This document shows positions 41,413-50,368 of a DNA stretch of 64,000 bases, in pieces. The stretch is from assembly GCA_963665295.1 (NCBI GenBank), contig OY762209.1, forward strand, positions 3,328,001 through 3,392,000, written 5' to 3'. The stretch's first letter is position 1; every line of letters begins with the position of its first letter. The notes below the pieces were generated by a model. It was given only the letters and a program-made list of their open reading frames with translations. It was not told the DNA's origin and did no database searches. This DNA is from Syntrophorhabdaceae bacterium (lineage in GTDB: Bacteria; Desulfobacterota; Syntrophorhabdia; Syntrophorhabdales; Syntrophorhabdaceae). Position numbers and translations under genes: made by a program.

Positions 41413-43091
41413 TAGTCTCCATCCGGAAACCTAACCCCATGAAATATTTGCCCAAATCCCCACATTCCCCTGGAGTTTCGCCCCTCATCTGAGGTACAAT
41501 ATGGTTGTAACAAGGCAATATCATTACCTAACGCCTTCAGAAAGGATTCCGGAATGCGCCAGAAATTCAACCCCCAGACAGGTCTCTTCTCCCCCATGAT
41601 GCGCCATTCTATTGTAAAGGAGCTTCAGGAGATGTCAAAGGTCATAGACGCCAATCCCCGCCTTCTGGATCTGGTCTTCGGGGATATGACCTCCTTCTGT
41701 CGCACCGACACGGGAAGAGAGGGGCTCACCGCGGAACAGGTGCTCCGGATCGCCATACTCAAGCAGTACCGCCAACTGACGTATGAAGAGCTTGCCTTCC
41801 ACATGGAAGACTCCGACGCACTCCGCAGTTTCGCGAGATTGGAGATGGGACAGTACCCCTCCAAATCGGTCCTTCAGGAGAACATAAAGGCGATACGGGA
41901 AGAAACCTGGGAGGCGATCATTCAGGAAGTAAACCGCTACGCGGTAAAGGAGAAGATAGAATCCGGCCGCGTGGTAAGAGTAGACTCCACCACGGTGGAG
42001 ACCAACATCCACCACCCCACCGACTCATCGCTCATCGTGGACGGCATCCGCGTCATTACCCGGTTACTCACCGAAGGGAAGGAGCTTGCTCCCGTGCCCC
42101 GGTATGCCTACAGTGACCATAGGAGAGTAGCCAAGAAGAAGCTCATGACGATCCTCAATGCAAAGAACGACAGAACACGGAAGAGCGCCTACAAGGACCT
42201 CCTCCACTATGCGAATCTCGTGAAGGGATATGCCGAAGAGGCGATCACCGAACTCATCCCCTACGAGGGCGATAATCTCATGGACACCTTCGCTGCCCGC
42301 GAGCTTGCCCGGAGACTTGAACGCGCCGTGGGCATACTCGGGAAGGTCATCGACCAGACCGACCGGAGAGTCTTCAAGAACGAGAAGGTCCCCGCCTCCG
42401 AGAAGATCGTCTCTTTCTTCGAGGACCACACGGACATCATCGTGAAGGGGAGGAGGGATACCGAGTACGGCCATAAGGTGTTCCTTACAGGAGGACGCTC
42501 CACCATGATCATCGGGTGTCTCATCGTCCCGGGCAACCCCGCTGATACCGACCAGTATCAATCCCTCCTTGAGCAGCATAAGGAGTGGTACGGGAAGATG
42601 CCTCGCCAAGTGACGGCCGACGGGGGCTTTGCCTCAAAAGAGAACCTCGCCTATGCGAAGGAGAACCATATCAAGGATGCCGTCTTCGCCAGAAAGAGGG
42701 GGCTCTCCATCCTCGACATGGCAAAGAGCACCTGGGTCTACAAGAAGCTCAGGAACTTCCGGGCGGGCATTGAAGCAGGCATCTCCACATTGAAACGGTC
42801 CTTCGGCCTTGACCGGGCGACGTGGACAGGATGGGAAGGGTTTGCCCGGTACGTGCTCTCCAGTATCGTCTCCTACAATCTTCTCGTCATCGCCCGCATC
42901 AGGATGGCCTCATGATGAGAGAAGACTATTTTCTCAAGGGGACAAGGGTGAGCTACGCCCTGACTCTGGGGAAAACGGGCCCGATGGAGTGAAATCCGAA
43001 AAGGGATGACGGAATCACCGGACGGCTGAGCGCCCACCCTGGCAATAGACCGGGGGCTTGCTCGAAAATGGGGGTTTCCGGATGGAGACTA
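41413..43091 (+). mobile_element. IS element copy 1 (ISNCY/IS5-like DDE), 1679 bp
   Basis: Terminal IRs TAGTCTCCATCCGGAAACC / GGTTTCCGGATGGAGACTA; flanking duplication TAGAATA. Confidence 0.93.
41554..42915 (+). CDS. DDE transposase (ISNCY/IS5-like)
   Basis: RVDSTTVETNIHHPTD, ADGGF, FRAGIEAGISTLKR. Confidence 0.92.
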   Translation: MRQKFNPQTGLFSPMMRHSIVKELQEMSKVIDANPRLLDLVFGDMTSFCRTDTGREGLTAEQVLRIAILKQYRQLTYEELAFHMEDSDALRSFARLEMGQYPSKSVLQENIKAIREETWEAIIQEVNRYAVKEKIESGRVVRVDSTTVETNIHHPTDSSLIVDGIRVITRLLTEGKELAPVPRYAYSDHRRVAKKKLMTILNAKNDRTRKSAYKDLLHYANLVKGYAEEAITELIPYEGDNLMDTFAARELARRLERAVGILGKVIDQTDRRVFKNEKVPASEKIVSFFEDHTDIIVKGRRDTEYGHKVFLTGGRSTMIIGCLIVPGNPADTDQYQSLLEQHKEWYGKMPRQVTADGGFASKENLAYAKENHIKDAVFARKRGLSILDMAKSTWVYKKLRNFRAGIEAGISTLKRSFGLDRATWTGWEGFARYVLSSIVSYNLLVIARIRMAS

Positions 43092-43504
43092 GAATAAATG
43101 ATTTCTTGGGAGAATTGGCAAAAAATAACGTAAGGGCGTATAGTATTGCTCGTTCTACCTATAGAATAAACGACATAAAAGTATCAATTAGAACCACCAC
43201 TAAACTCAACCCGTATTGGTATGATATCAGCAAAAATGTTATGAGTGACGTAGAATATTTAATCTATCAAACTGATTCTCGATATCACTTTGTTCTTTTT
43301 CCCTCATCATTTTTTAGAACACGTTATGAAATGTTGCAGGATAGTAACCGACAACATGCTAAGATATTTTACATTGATTGGCCAAACAAAACATTCATAT
43401 CTAAACCACATTTTATTGAAAAGATACGAGAATATTGTTGTTCAACGTTACCAGAGAAAAATTACGGTAATTGGAAAGATGTCTTTCATTTGACTTAGGA
43501 TTCT

Positions 43505-44587
43505 CTAGTGTAGTGTCTCAGTAACGCCTTTACGGCGATTCACTTTTTCAAGTATCTCCTCGGCCTTCCTGGTCCATACGAAGGGTTTGGGGTCTTCGTT
43601 GTTGCAGCGAATATATTCTTCGATGGCGGTCACCAGTTCCTGAACGCTTTTGAAGATGCCGCGACGAATTCTCTTTCGTGTGATCTCCCCGAACCAGCGC
43701 TCCACCAGGTTAAGCCACGACGAGCTTGTGGGTGTAAAGTGGGGAACGAAACGGGGGTGTTTTTCGAGCCATGCTTTCACATTGGGGTGGGTATGAGTTC
43801 CGTAGTTGTCGAGAATCATATGGACATCGAGGCCCTTTGGCACCTGACGGTCTATGGTACGCAGGAACTTAAGAAATTCGGTATTTCTGTGGCGGGGATA
43901 GCAGGAGCCTATGACTTTTCCTTCCAGAACATTGAGGGCGGCAAAAAGACAGGTAGTGCCGTTCCTTTTGTAGTCGTGGGTCATCGTGCCGCAGCGCCCC
44001 TTCTTCATCGGTAATCCCGGCTGGGTCCGGTCCAGGGCCTGCACCTGGCTTTTCTCATCCACACAGAGTACCACCGCTTTGTCGGGAGGATTGAGATAGA
44101 CGCCCACCACATCGGTCAGTTTCTCCACGAACTTCTTGTCTCTGGACAGCTTGAAAGTTTCTACCCGATGGGGCTGTAGTCCATGGGCATCCCAGATGCG
44201 CTGCACGGTGGCATGGCTCACGCCCTTCTCCTTTGCCATGGTGCGGGTGGACCACTGAGTAGCATCTTTGGGAGTTGTATGGAGCGTGGCTTCCACGATG
44301 GTGCGCACTATCTCCGGGTTAAGGCGCCTTGAACTCGGCCCATGGGGTGCGTCCTCCGACAAACCGGAGGGGCCCTGTTCTCTGAAGCGGCCTACCCACA
44401 ATATCACCGTAGGGCGGGAGGTATTGAGCCTCTTCGCTATGGCGTTATGGGACATCCCTTCTGCCGCGAGCAGGCAGATGCGGGAGCGTAGAACCACCCT
44501 TTGGGGAGTCTTCTTTGCTTTGACCCATGTTTCCAATGTCTTTCTCTGCTCTTCCGTCATGTCTAGCGTACTGGCTGGATTCCACAT
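43505..44587 (-). CDS. IS630 family transposase
   Basis: HTH region, CVDEKSQVQAL, HDYKRNGT, ILDNYGTH, SWLNLVERWF. Confidence 0.95.
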   Translation of the reverse strand: MWNPASTLDMTEEQRKTLETWVKAKKTPQRVVLRSRICLLAAEGMSHNAIAKRLNTSRPTVILWVGRFREQGPSGLSEDAPHGPSSRRLNPEIVRTIVEATLHTTPKDATQWSTRTMAKEKGVSHATVQRIWDAHGLQPHRVETFKLSRDKKFVEKLTDVVGVYLNPPDKAVVLCVDEKSQVQALDRTQPGLPMKKGRCGTMTHDYKRNGTTCLFAALNVLEGKVIGSCYPRHRNTEFLKFLRTIDRQVPKGLDVHMILDNYGTHTHPNVKAWLEKHPRFVPHFTPTSSSWLNLVERWFGEITRKRIRRGIFKSVQELVTAIEEYIRCNNEDPKPFVWTRKAEEILEKVNRRKGVTETLH

Positions 44588-44644
44588 GCACTATGATAGC
44601 ATAGCCAAGGGTAATTGGAAAGCTATTAGTGAGACAGTACACTA
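43506..44644 (-). mobile_element. IS630 family element
   Basis: IRs TAGTGTAGTGTCTCAGTAA / TTAGTGAGACAGTACACTA (17/19 match); CTAG at both ends (TA duplication). Confidence 0.92.
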
Positions 44645-44795
44645 GGGAAGTAGTCTTTCAGGGCTGAAAATGGGCTGAGAAAACGGTTAGGAGAGGGGAT
44701 TTATAGAGAAGATGTTCCTTTACTATCCTATGCAATTATTTAACAATGCTGCTGAGTTAGCGTAACAGTGGGATATCACAAAAAGACATTTTAGC

Positions 44796-44839
44796 ACTTC
44801 TAATCCGTAGGTTCCGCGTTCGAGTCGCGGCAGGCGCGC
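44796..44839 (+). repeat. attR: duplicated 3' half of tRNA-Arg
   Basis: ACTTCTAATCCGTAGGTTCCGCGTTCGAGTCGCGGCAGGCGCGC, identical to 40651-40694. Confidence 0.95.
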
Positions 44840-44867
44840 TTAATCATTCCGAAATAAATCAGAGAGT

Positions 44868-45035
44868 CAATTCTGGGGAAGATTTGCCACCCCATCGGCC
44901 GTTAAAGTTCGTAATCTGAAGGAGCAAGATCGGTTGGAATTATCAAGGCAGGTTTCAGCTTCATTACGCGATTATATAGACGATGACGGCTTGGCCGCAC
45001 CTATGGAGTGCCACATAGTGACGGCGAATAAGCGA
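44868..45035 (+). pseudogene. Orphan C-terminal fragment, probably of a SAM-dependent methyltransferase
   Basis: Reads QFWGRFATPSA...SASLRDYIDDDGLAAPMECHIVTA with no start or N-terminus; resembles UbiE-like MTase C-termini. Confidence 0.4.
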
Positions 45036-45426
45036 ACACTCTGCATGATGACGCTGTCGCGGTGGATCGAAAGAGACTGCAGGTGTTTCCGGGCCTTCTG
45101 AGGGGGTAATTCTTGATTCACTGCAAGGGTTGTAGTGAGGATATTAATAGGTGAACTCAGTAACCGGGCTCTTCACCCGCTTCCTGAAGAACCTCGGCAT
45201 GTGGTGAATATCTTTTGTGAAATAGACGAGTTTGGATCACTATTATTGCCTTGTGGAAAGGGTTGTGGAGGAATATAATGTAAGGAAAGAGGGGTCACAC
45301 CATATTCTCATCCGATTACAATTCAGGAGGTTTGTCATGGGTACTGTCGGAAAACGCCCCATCATAAGTGTTGACAATCCGGAACAACTAACGGAAAGCA
45401 TCCGCATTTCCTTGAGTCTCCCGTTC

Positions 45427-47202
45427 ATGTCGAAAAAGAATTGCGTTTATGTGTCGGCATTCATACTTTTCTGTCTCGCCTTCCTCATTCCTGTCAATGT
45501 TCATGCCCAAGTGGACTATTGGGCTCCGTGGGTCACGAGTGTCACGACAACATCCGCCACGATCAACTGGCATGGGGCAGACGCTGCCTCGGGGTCGGTA
45601 GGGTACGCTACCTCGGCATATTATGACGAACATCATAGCTTTCAACACACCATAACCTCCACGACTACAGGAGCCTATCAGCATATCGCGCTTACGGGTC
45701 TTGATCCGAATACCTCCTACGTGTACCAAGTGGCGCCTTCGGACAATCCAAGCCGGTTCAGCAACCGTACATTCAAAACCATGCCGGTGAGTGGTCCCTT
45801 CACTTTTATCGTATTAAGCGATAGCCACGCCCAGGAAAAACGGTTCAAGCCTGTGGCCGATGCCATTGCCGCAAACGAGACCGATGTGCTCTTTGTCCTC
45901 GCCGGTGGGGACTATACGAGTTTCGATTATGAGCCTTACTGGAGCATCTTTTTCCAGTATGCCGATGGAATGCTCGGGAAGTTTCCCATTTTTCACGCCA
46001 TAGGGAACCACGAATATCATAACCACGGGCATTCGAGCGGCCCTCCTACCGACGCCGACCAGTACCATCAGACATTTGACGTGACAACAACAGGCGCCTT
46101 GAACTACTCCTTTGACTGTGCCGATATCCGGTTCGTTGTCCTTAACTCCCCGGATCCGAACAATGCGAAAGGAGACGATCCCCAACCTTCGCCGGCCCTT
46201 ACCAAGAGCCAGGTACCCTGGCTCACGGCTCAGTTGAACAACAAGATGGCCGGAACATTCACCATACATCACCATCCCATCTGGAATTACGGCAAGACCG
46301 GGACCAATTCCGCCCTTCAGCCGTGGGAAACCCTGTACCATAAGTACCCTATCAGCGCAAATTTTGCCGGCCACGTCCATAGCTACCAGAGGTATATCGT
46401 GAAGGGCATCCCCTATTTCATCGTCGCCACAGCAGGAGGCAAATTTGTCAATCTGAATCCGGGCGACCCCACTGCACAATGGTACCAGTACGGGGAAACA
46501 AGGCAACTCGGGTACCTCAAGGTAACGGTGGATCCTGAACATAACAGAGCCGCGGCACAGGAGATTTTCGTTGCCTATGTAGAAACGAATGACTCCGAGG
46601 ACCCTATAGTCTACAAAACGCCGATTGTCGCCGATACCCTGATCTTCCCCCTCAAGGCACTACCCGCCAATAAGACCCTCCTCACCGTCTCCAGATCCGG
46701 CCTCGGCACCGGTAGTGTCACCTCATCAGACTCTCACATAAATTGCGGTTCCACCTGTGAGGCGACGTACACCAAAACCGCGCACATCTCCTTCACGGCC
46801 ACCGCCGATGAGGGCTCCGTCTTCAGTGGATGGACCGGCGCCTGCAAAGGCCGGACGAAGTGCTCGATTACGATAAATCCCAAGACTGACGTGACTAACG
46901 TAGGGGCCATCTTCGAAAAAGCCTCTTGCGCCTATTACCTCGCGCCGAACAAGAAGACTTTCACATACAAGGGAGGGTACGTGTCCGTAAAAGTAACGGC
47001 GAAGGGCCACGGCATCACGGATTGTCCGGAGCCCACGATAAACAAGGATGCGGATTGGATCACTTTTGTGCCGGGTTCTTTTTCAAAAAACAAGGGCACC
47101 GTCGTGGTCACCGTGCAGCCCTATAGTGGGACCGCAGTGCAAGAGGGTACATTGGACATAGGAGGAACGGATTTTGACGTGACTCAGAAGGCGAAGCCGT
47201 AA
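45427..47202 (+). CDS. Secreted purple-acid-phosphatase-like metallophosphoesterase with C-terminal InlB-like/BACON-type domains
   Basis: Signal peptide ending VHA-Q, FN3-like LTGL.PNT.Y.Y, SDSH, GD, GNHE, HH, GHVH; Cys-rich SVFSGWTGAC repeat. ORF track start 45232 is probably too long. Confidence 0.85.
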   Translation: MSKKNCVYVSAFILFCLAFLIPVNVHAQVDYWAPWVTSVTTTSATINWHGADAASGSVGYATSAYYDEHHSFQHTITSTTTGAYQHIALTGLDPNTSYVYQVAPSDNPSRFSNRTFKTMPVSGPFTFIVLSDSHAQEKRFKPVADAIAANETDVLFVLAGGDYTSFDYEPYWSIFFQYADGMLGKFPIFHAIGNHEYHNHGHSSGPPTDADQYHQTFDVTTTGALNYSFDCADIRFVVLNSPDPNNAKGDDPQPSPALTKSQVPWLTAQLNNKMAGTFTIHHHPIWNYGKTGTNSALQPWETLYHKYPISANFAGHVHSYQRYIVKGIPYFIVATAGGKFVNLNPGDPTAQWYQYGETRQLGYLKVTVDPEHNRAAAQEIFVAYVETNDSEDPIVYKTPIVADTLIFPLKALPANKTLLTVSRSGLGTGSVTSSDSHINCGSTCEATYTKTAHISFTATADEGSVFSGWTGACKGRTKCSITINPKTDVTNVGAIFEKASCAYYLAPNKKTFTYKGGYVSVKVTAKGHGITDCPEPTINKDADWITFVPGSFSKNKGTVVVTVQPYSGTAVQEGTLDIGGTDFDVTQKAKP

Positions 47203-47740
47203 GTGGAAAGCGTCGGACACTTTGTGGCGGATGATGGGAGTTCGAGATTATTGTAAAGGCGTTATTGAGACGCTACACCAGCATATTCTCGGAGTGATGC
47301 ACCGCCCCTTCTCTGCGGGTACATTTGACTGGATGGACAAAGGCGGCAGCCTTCAGTAGTATCCACAGACCAAGTGCGGGTGACCTCCGAAATCTCATCT
47401 TCCCCTGAGACTAATAGGGGTCACCCTGAAGGAAACGTAGACTACCCCTACGGTAGGCGACAACAAAAGCTGACCACGACGCGCCTGCAGACAATGCCCC
47501 GGTTATTTGCCAATATATGTCCTCTTTTGTGTCGTATATGTCTCGTCTCAAGGAATTTAATCCGGGAAGAGCCCTTGACTTAAATTTTTCACGGAATATT
47601 CGATAAAAGGGGAGGAGAGACAAGAGCACATTGCCGGGAGGTCGGGGGAGTCAAGCTCCCAGAGGAGAAGCTTGAACTTCTACTTACGTTTCTTGTATGC
47701 CTCTGTCGCCCATGTAAACGTTGTTCTAAGGAGGATTGAA

Positions 47741-50230
47741 ATGTTACGAAACACTGAAGGTACAAAGGAGACAAGTGCGGTACACGAAGGTCTTGCCACG
47801 CACCAAGGCGACCCGGTTCATCGGAACGGCGACATCAGGCGAAGAGTGCTCGCACCGCTCTTCTTCCTCTTTCTCTTTATCGCAGCCCTGCCGCTCGAAG
47901 GGTATCCGGCAGGACCCACCTATCCGATCTCCACGCCCGTCGTGACGACACGGGTTCGCACGGTAAGTCCCCTCGCCATACCAAATGCGCCTGACCTTGC
48001 CATTGGGGAGGTCGACCAGTACGCCGCATACGGGTACAGCAGTTACAACTTCGGGGGCGGCGTCGATTACGGCATACAGGCACCGGATGGACCCTACGTG
48101 GGCTCATATAATCCGGTCGAGACGCTCCTGACTTACTTCACTATGAGCGACATCCATATCACCGACAAAGAATCCCCGGCCCAGGCCCTCTACGCGGGAT
48201 ACGTGCTCGGAACTTTTGGAAAAACCCAGATCCCCGCTTACTCTCCTGTCATTTTGTCTACGACCCACGTCCTTGACGCGGCTGTCCAAACGATCAACGC
48301 CCTTCACGAGCAGGCCCCTTTTGATTTCGGCATGTCCCTGGGCGATCATGCAAACAGCACCCAGTATAACGAAGTCAGGTGGTTTATCGACGTCATGGAC
48401 GGAAAGAGGATCACCCCCAGTACGGGAGCGCACAGAGGGGCGGGCTCCATCGACTACCAGAAGCCCTACCAGTCGGCGGGACTCAATAAGTCCATCCCCT
48501 GGTACGCGGTCGTGGGTAACCATGACCAGTTCTGGTGTGGCTCCCTCTTCGCCAACAACTATGTGCGAGAAGTCATTGTCGGCAGGAACGTCCTCAATAT
48601 GGGCTACGACGCCAGCGGGAGCCCCTCGTTCGCGTACCGTGGCAACTACATGGGCGTAGTTGACGGCACGACGCCGTATGGAACCGTCATAGACTATGGA
48701 CCGCTTTACAGTCCCATGACTCCACCGGTCGTAGCCGCCGACCCGAACCGCCGCAGCCTCACCACGACGACATCCACAACTTTGAACTGGATGAAAGAGT
48801 TTTTCAATACCACGTCAAAGCCGAAGGGTCACGGGTTCAGCCAAGCGAACCTCGACAACGACTTCGCCTGTTACACCTTCGAGCCCAAGTCGAACGTGCC
48901 GGTGAAGATCATCGTGCTTGACGACACGTGCAAGGAGAATCCTATTGGAAGCGCAGGAGGTCATGCTACATACGCGAGAGGCTGTCTGGACCAGCCACGG
49001 TATGCCTGGCTTGTCGATGAACTTGAGCGTGGTCAGGCCGAGGGTAAGCTTATGATCGTTGCCGCCCATGTCCCGGTAGGGCCTCAGATGAACGTTCCCG
49101 ACGCTATTCCAACGCCTAATCCGGTTCCCCCTCCAACGGATATACCCTACACGACGCCTGTTGCAGTCTTCGTTTCCACCTGCAACGACGGCTCAACGCC
49201 CATCGGTACGCCTTGCAACAATGGCATCGGAATTGACAACAATAATCCGGTCCCCCCCTATAGTATAGTCACCGACAGTTCTCTCCTTCAGACCCTCCAC
49301 AAATTCTCGAACCTGATTTTATGGATGTCGGGGCATCGTCACATGAACACCGTCACTCCCCAGCCCGCGCCCGACGGTCAGGGTCCGGAATTCGGCTTCT
49401 GGGAGGTGGAAACCGCGTCGCTTCGGGATCACCCCCAGACGTTTCGAACCTTTCAAATCCTTCGCAACGACAACAATACGGTATCAATATTCGTCACCTC
49501 TGTCGATCCCTCGGTCCAGGGCACGGGGTCTCCCGCTGAAAAATCCCGGGGATATTCAATTGGCGCTGCAAGGGTCTCAAATGGAACACCGGGCCTCACC
49601 AATACCGCTCCTCTTGTGTACAATGCGGAACTCATCAAACCTCTTGCCGCTCCGTATACGCTGACGGTCAACGTGACAGGACCGGGCACTGTACACACGG
49701 GTCCCTATCAAACTGCCACATGCAGCGCTTCAACCCCGTGCTCCGCAAAATATCTTCCGGGCACGGCAGTGAACCTTACGGCCGTTCCTAATCCGGGGGC
49801 CGTCTTCGCAGGATGGTCGAACTGCTCGGGCACATCCGCCTGCAATATGACTATGAGCGATGATATGACCGTGACCGCAACCTTTACCAGCGTAGCTACC
49901 CTGGCCGTCACCCCGACCTTCAAGAGCTTTGGTACCGTGAAGGCCGGCAAGAAGGCGACTGCAACCTTTACGGTCAAGAATACCGCTGTGAAGGGCGCCG
50001 GAAGCCGCACGATCGGAACCGTTTCAATCGGCGGGGCCGACGCGAGCCAGTATCAGATCGTCGCGGGCAAGGACCGCTGTTCCGGACAGACCGTTGGATC
50101 AGGCAAGACCTGCACCGTTCAGGTTTCTTTTAATCCCACTTTAACGAACACCAGGGTGGCAACGATTGCTCTCCCCTCAAATGACCCCGCGACGCCGATG
50201 AATATACCAATCACCGGTGTGGGAAAATAG
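47741..50230 (+). CDS. Secreted metallophosphoesterase (TIGR03768-like) with InlB-like repeat and Ig-like C-terminal domain
   Basis: SDIHITDKESPAQ, GD, GNHD, AH, GHRH, FWEVET.SLRD.PQ.FR; AAGGAGG RBS before ATG 47741. Confidence 0.85.
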   Translation: MLRNTEGTKETSAVHEGLATHQGDPVHRNGDIRRRVLAPLFFLFLFIAALPLEGYPAGPTYPISTPVVTTRVRTVSPLAIPNAPDLAIGEVDQYAAYGYSSYNFGGGVDYGIQAPDGPYVGSYNPVETLLTYFTMSDIHITDKESPAQALYAGYVLGTFGKTQIPAYSPVILSTTHVLDAAVQTINALHEQAPFDFGMSLGDHANSTQYNEVRWFIDVMDGKRITPSTGAHRGAGSIDYQKPYQSAGLNKSIPWYAVVGNHDQFWCGSLFANNYVREVIVGRNVLNMGYDASGSPSFAYRGNYMGVVDGTTPYGTVIDYGPLYSPMTPPVVAADPNRRSLTTTTSTTLNWMKEFFNTTSKPKGHGFSQANLDNDFACYTFEPKSNVPVKIIVLDDTCKENPIGSAGGHATYARGCLDQPRYAWLVDELERGQAEGKLMIVAAHVPVGPQMNVPDAIPTPNPVPPPTDIPYTTPVAVFVSTCNDGSTPIGTPCNNGIGIDNNNPVPPYSIVTDSSLLQTLHKFSNLILWMSGHRHMNTVTPQPAPDGQGPEFGFWEVETASLRDHPQTFRTFQILRNDNNTVSIFVTSVDPSVQGTGSPAEKSRGYSIGAARVSNGTPGLTNTAPLVYNAELIKPLAAPYTLTVNVTGPGTVHTGPYQTATCSASTPCSAKYLPGTAVNLTAVPNPGAVFAGWSNCSGTSACNMTMSDDMTVTATFTSVATLAVTPTFKSFGTVKAGKKATATFTVKNTAVKGAGSRTIGTVSIGGADASQYQIVAGKDRCSGQTVGSGKTCTVQVSFNPTLTNTRVATIALPSNDPATPMNIPITGVGK

Positions 50231-50265
50231 TAGTACTCCCGATAAAGAATTGAATCAAACCTTGG

Positions 50266-50292
50266 AGTCCCCCGACTTAAAGTCGGGGGACT
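50266..50292. terminator. Perfect 12-bp hairpin between convergent genes
   Basis: AGTCCCCCGACT-taa-AGTCGGGGGACT. Confidence 0.55.
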
Positions 50293-50368
50293 TACCCTAT
50301 GGGGTAACGGCTGCTTCCGGGGCGTTACCTTGTGCCCTGCCGCCGCGCGTTCCTGACCTTTTGCCTGA

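Larger units (their letters stand above)
41382..43498 (+). pseudogene. Hypothetical islet gene interrupted by IS near codon 10-11
   Basis: AAGGAGG RBS and ATG 41382 (MPYNPESIAR); removing the IS and one target copy rejoins it in frame to INDFLGELAKNN...DVFHLT*. Confidence 0.8.

Noticed and set aside
44796..44839. Second tRNA-Arg gene
   Set aside because: Only the 3' 44 bp are present. The acceptor 5' strand and D arm are missing, so this is an att repeat.
47203..47740. Possible riboswitch in the long intergenic region
   Set aside because: No match to c-di-GMP, SAM, TPP or cobalamin consensus visible by eye.
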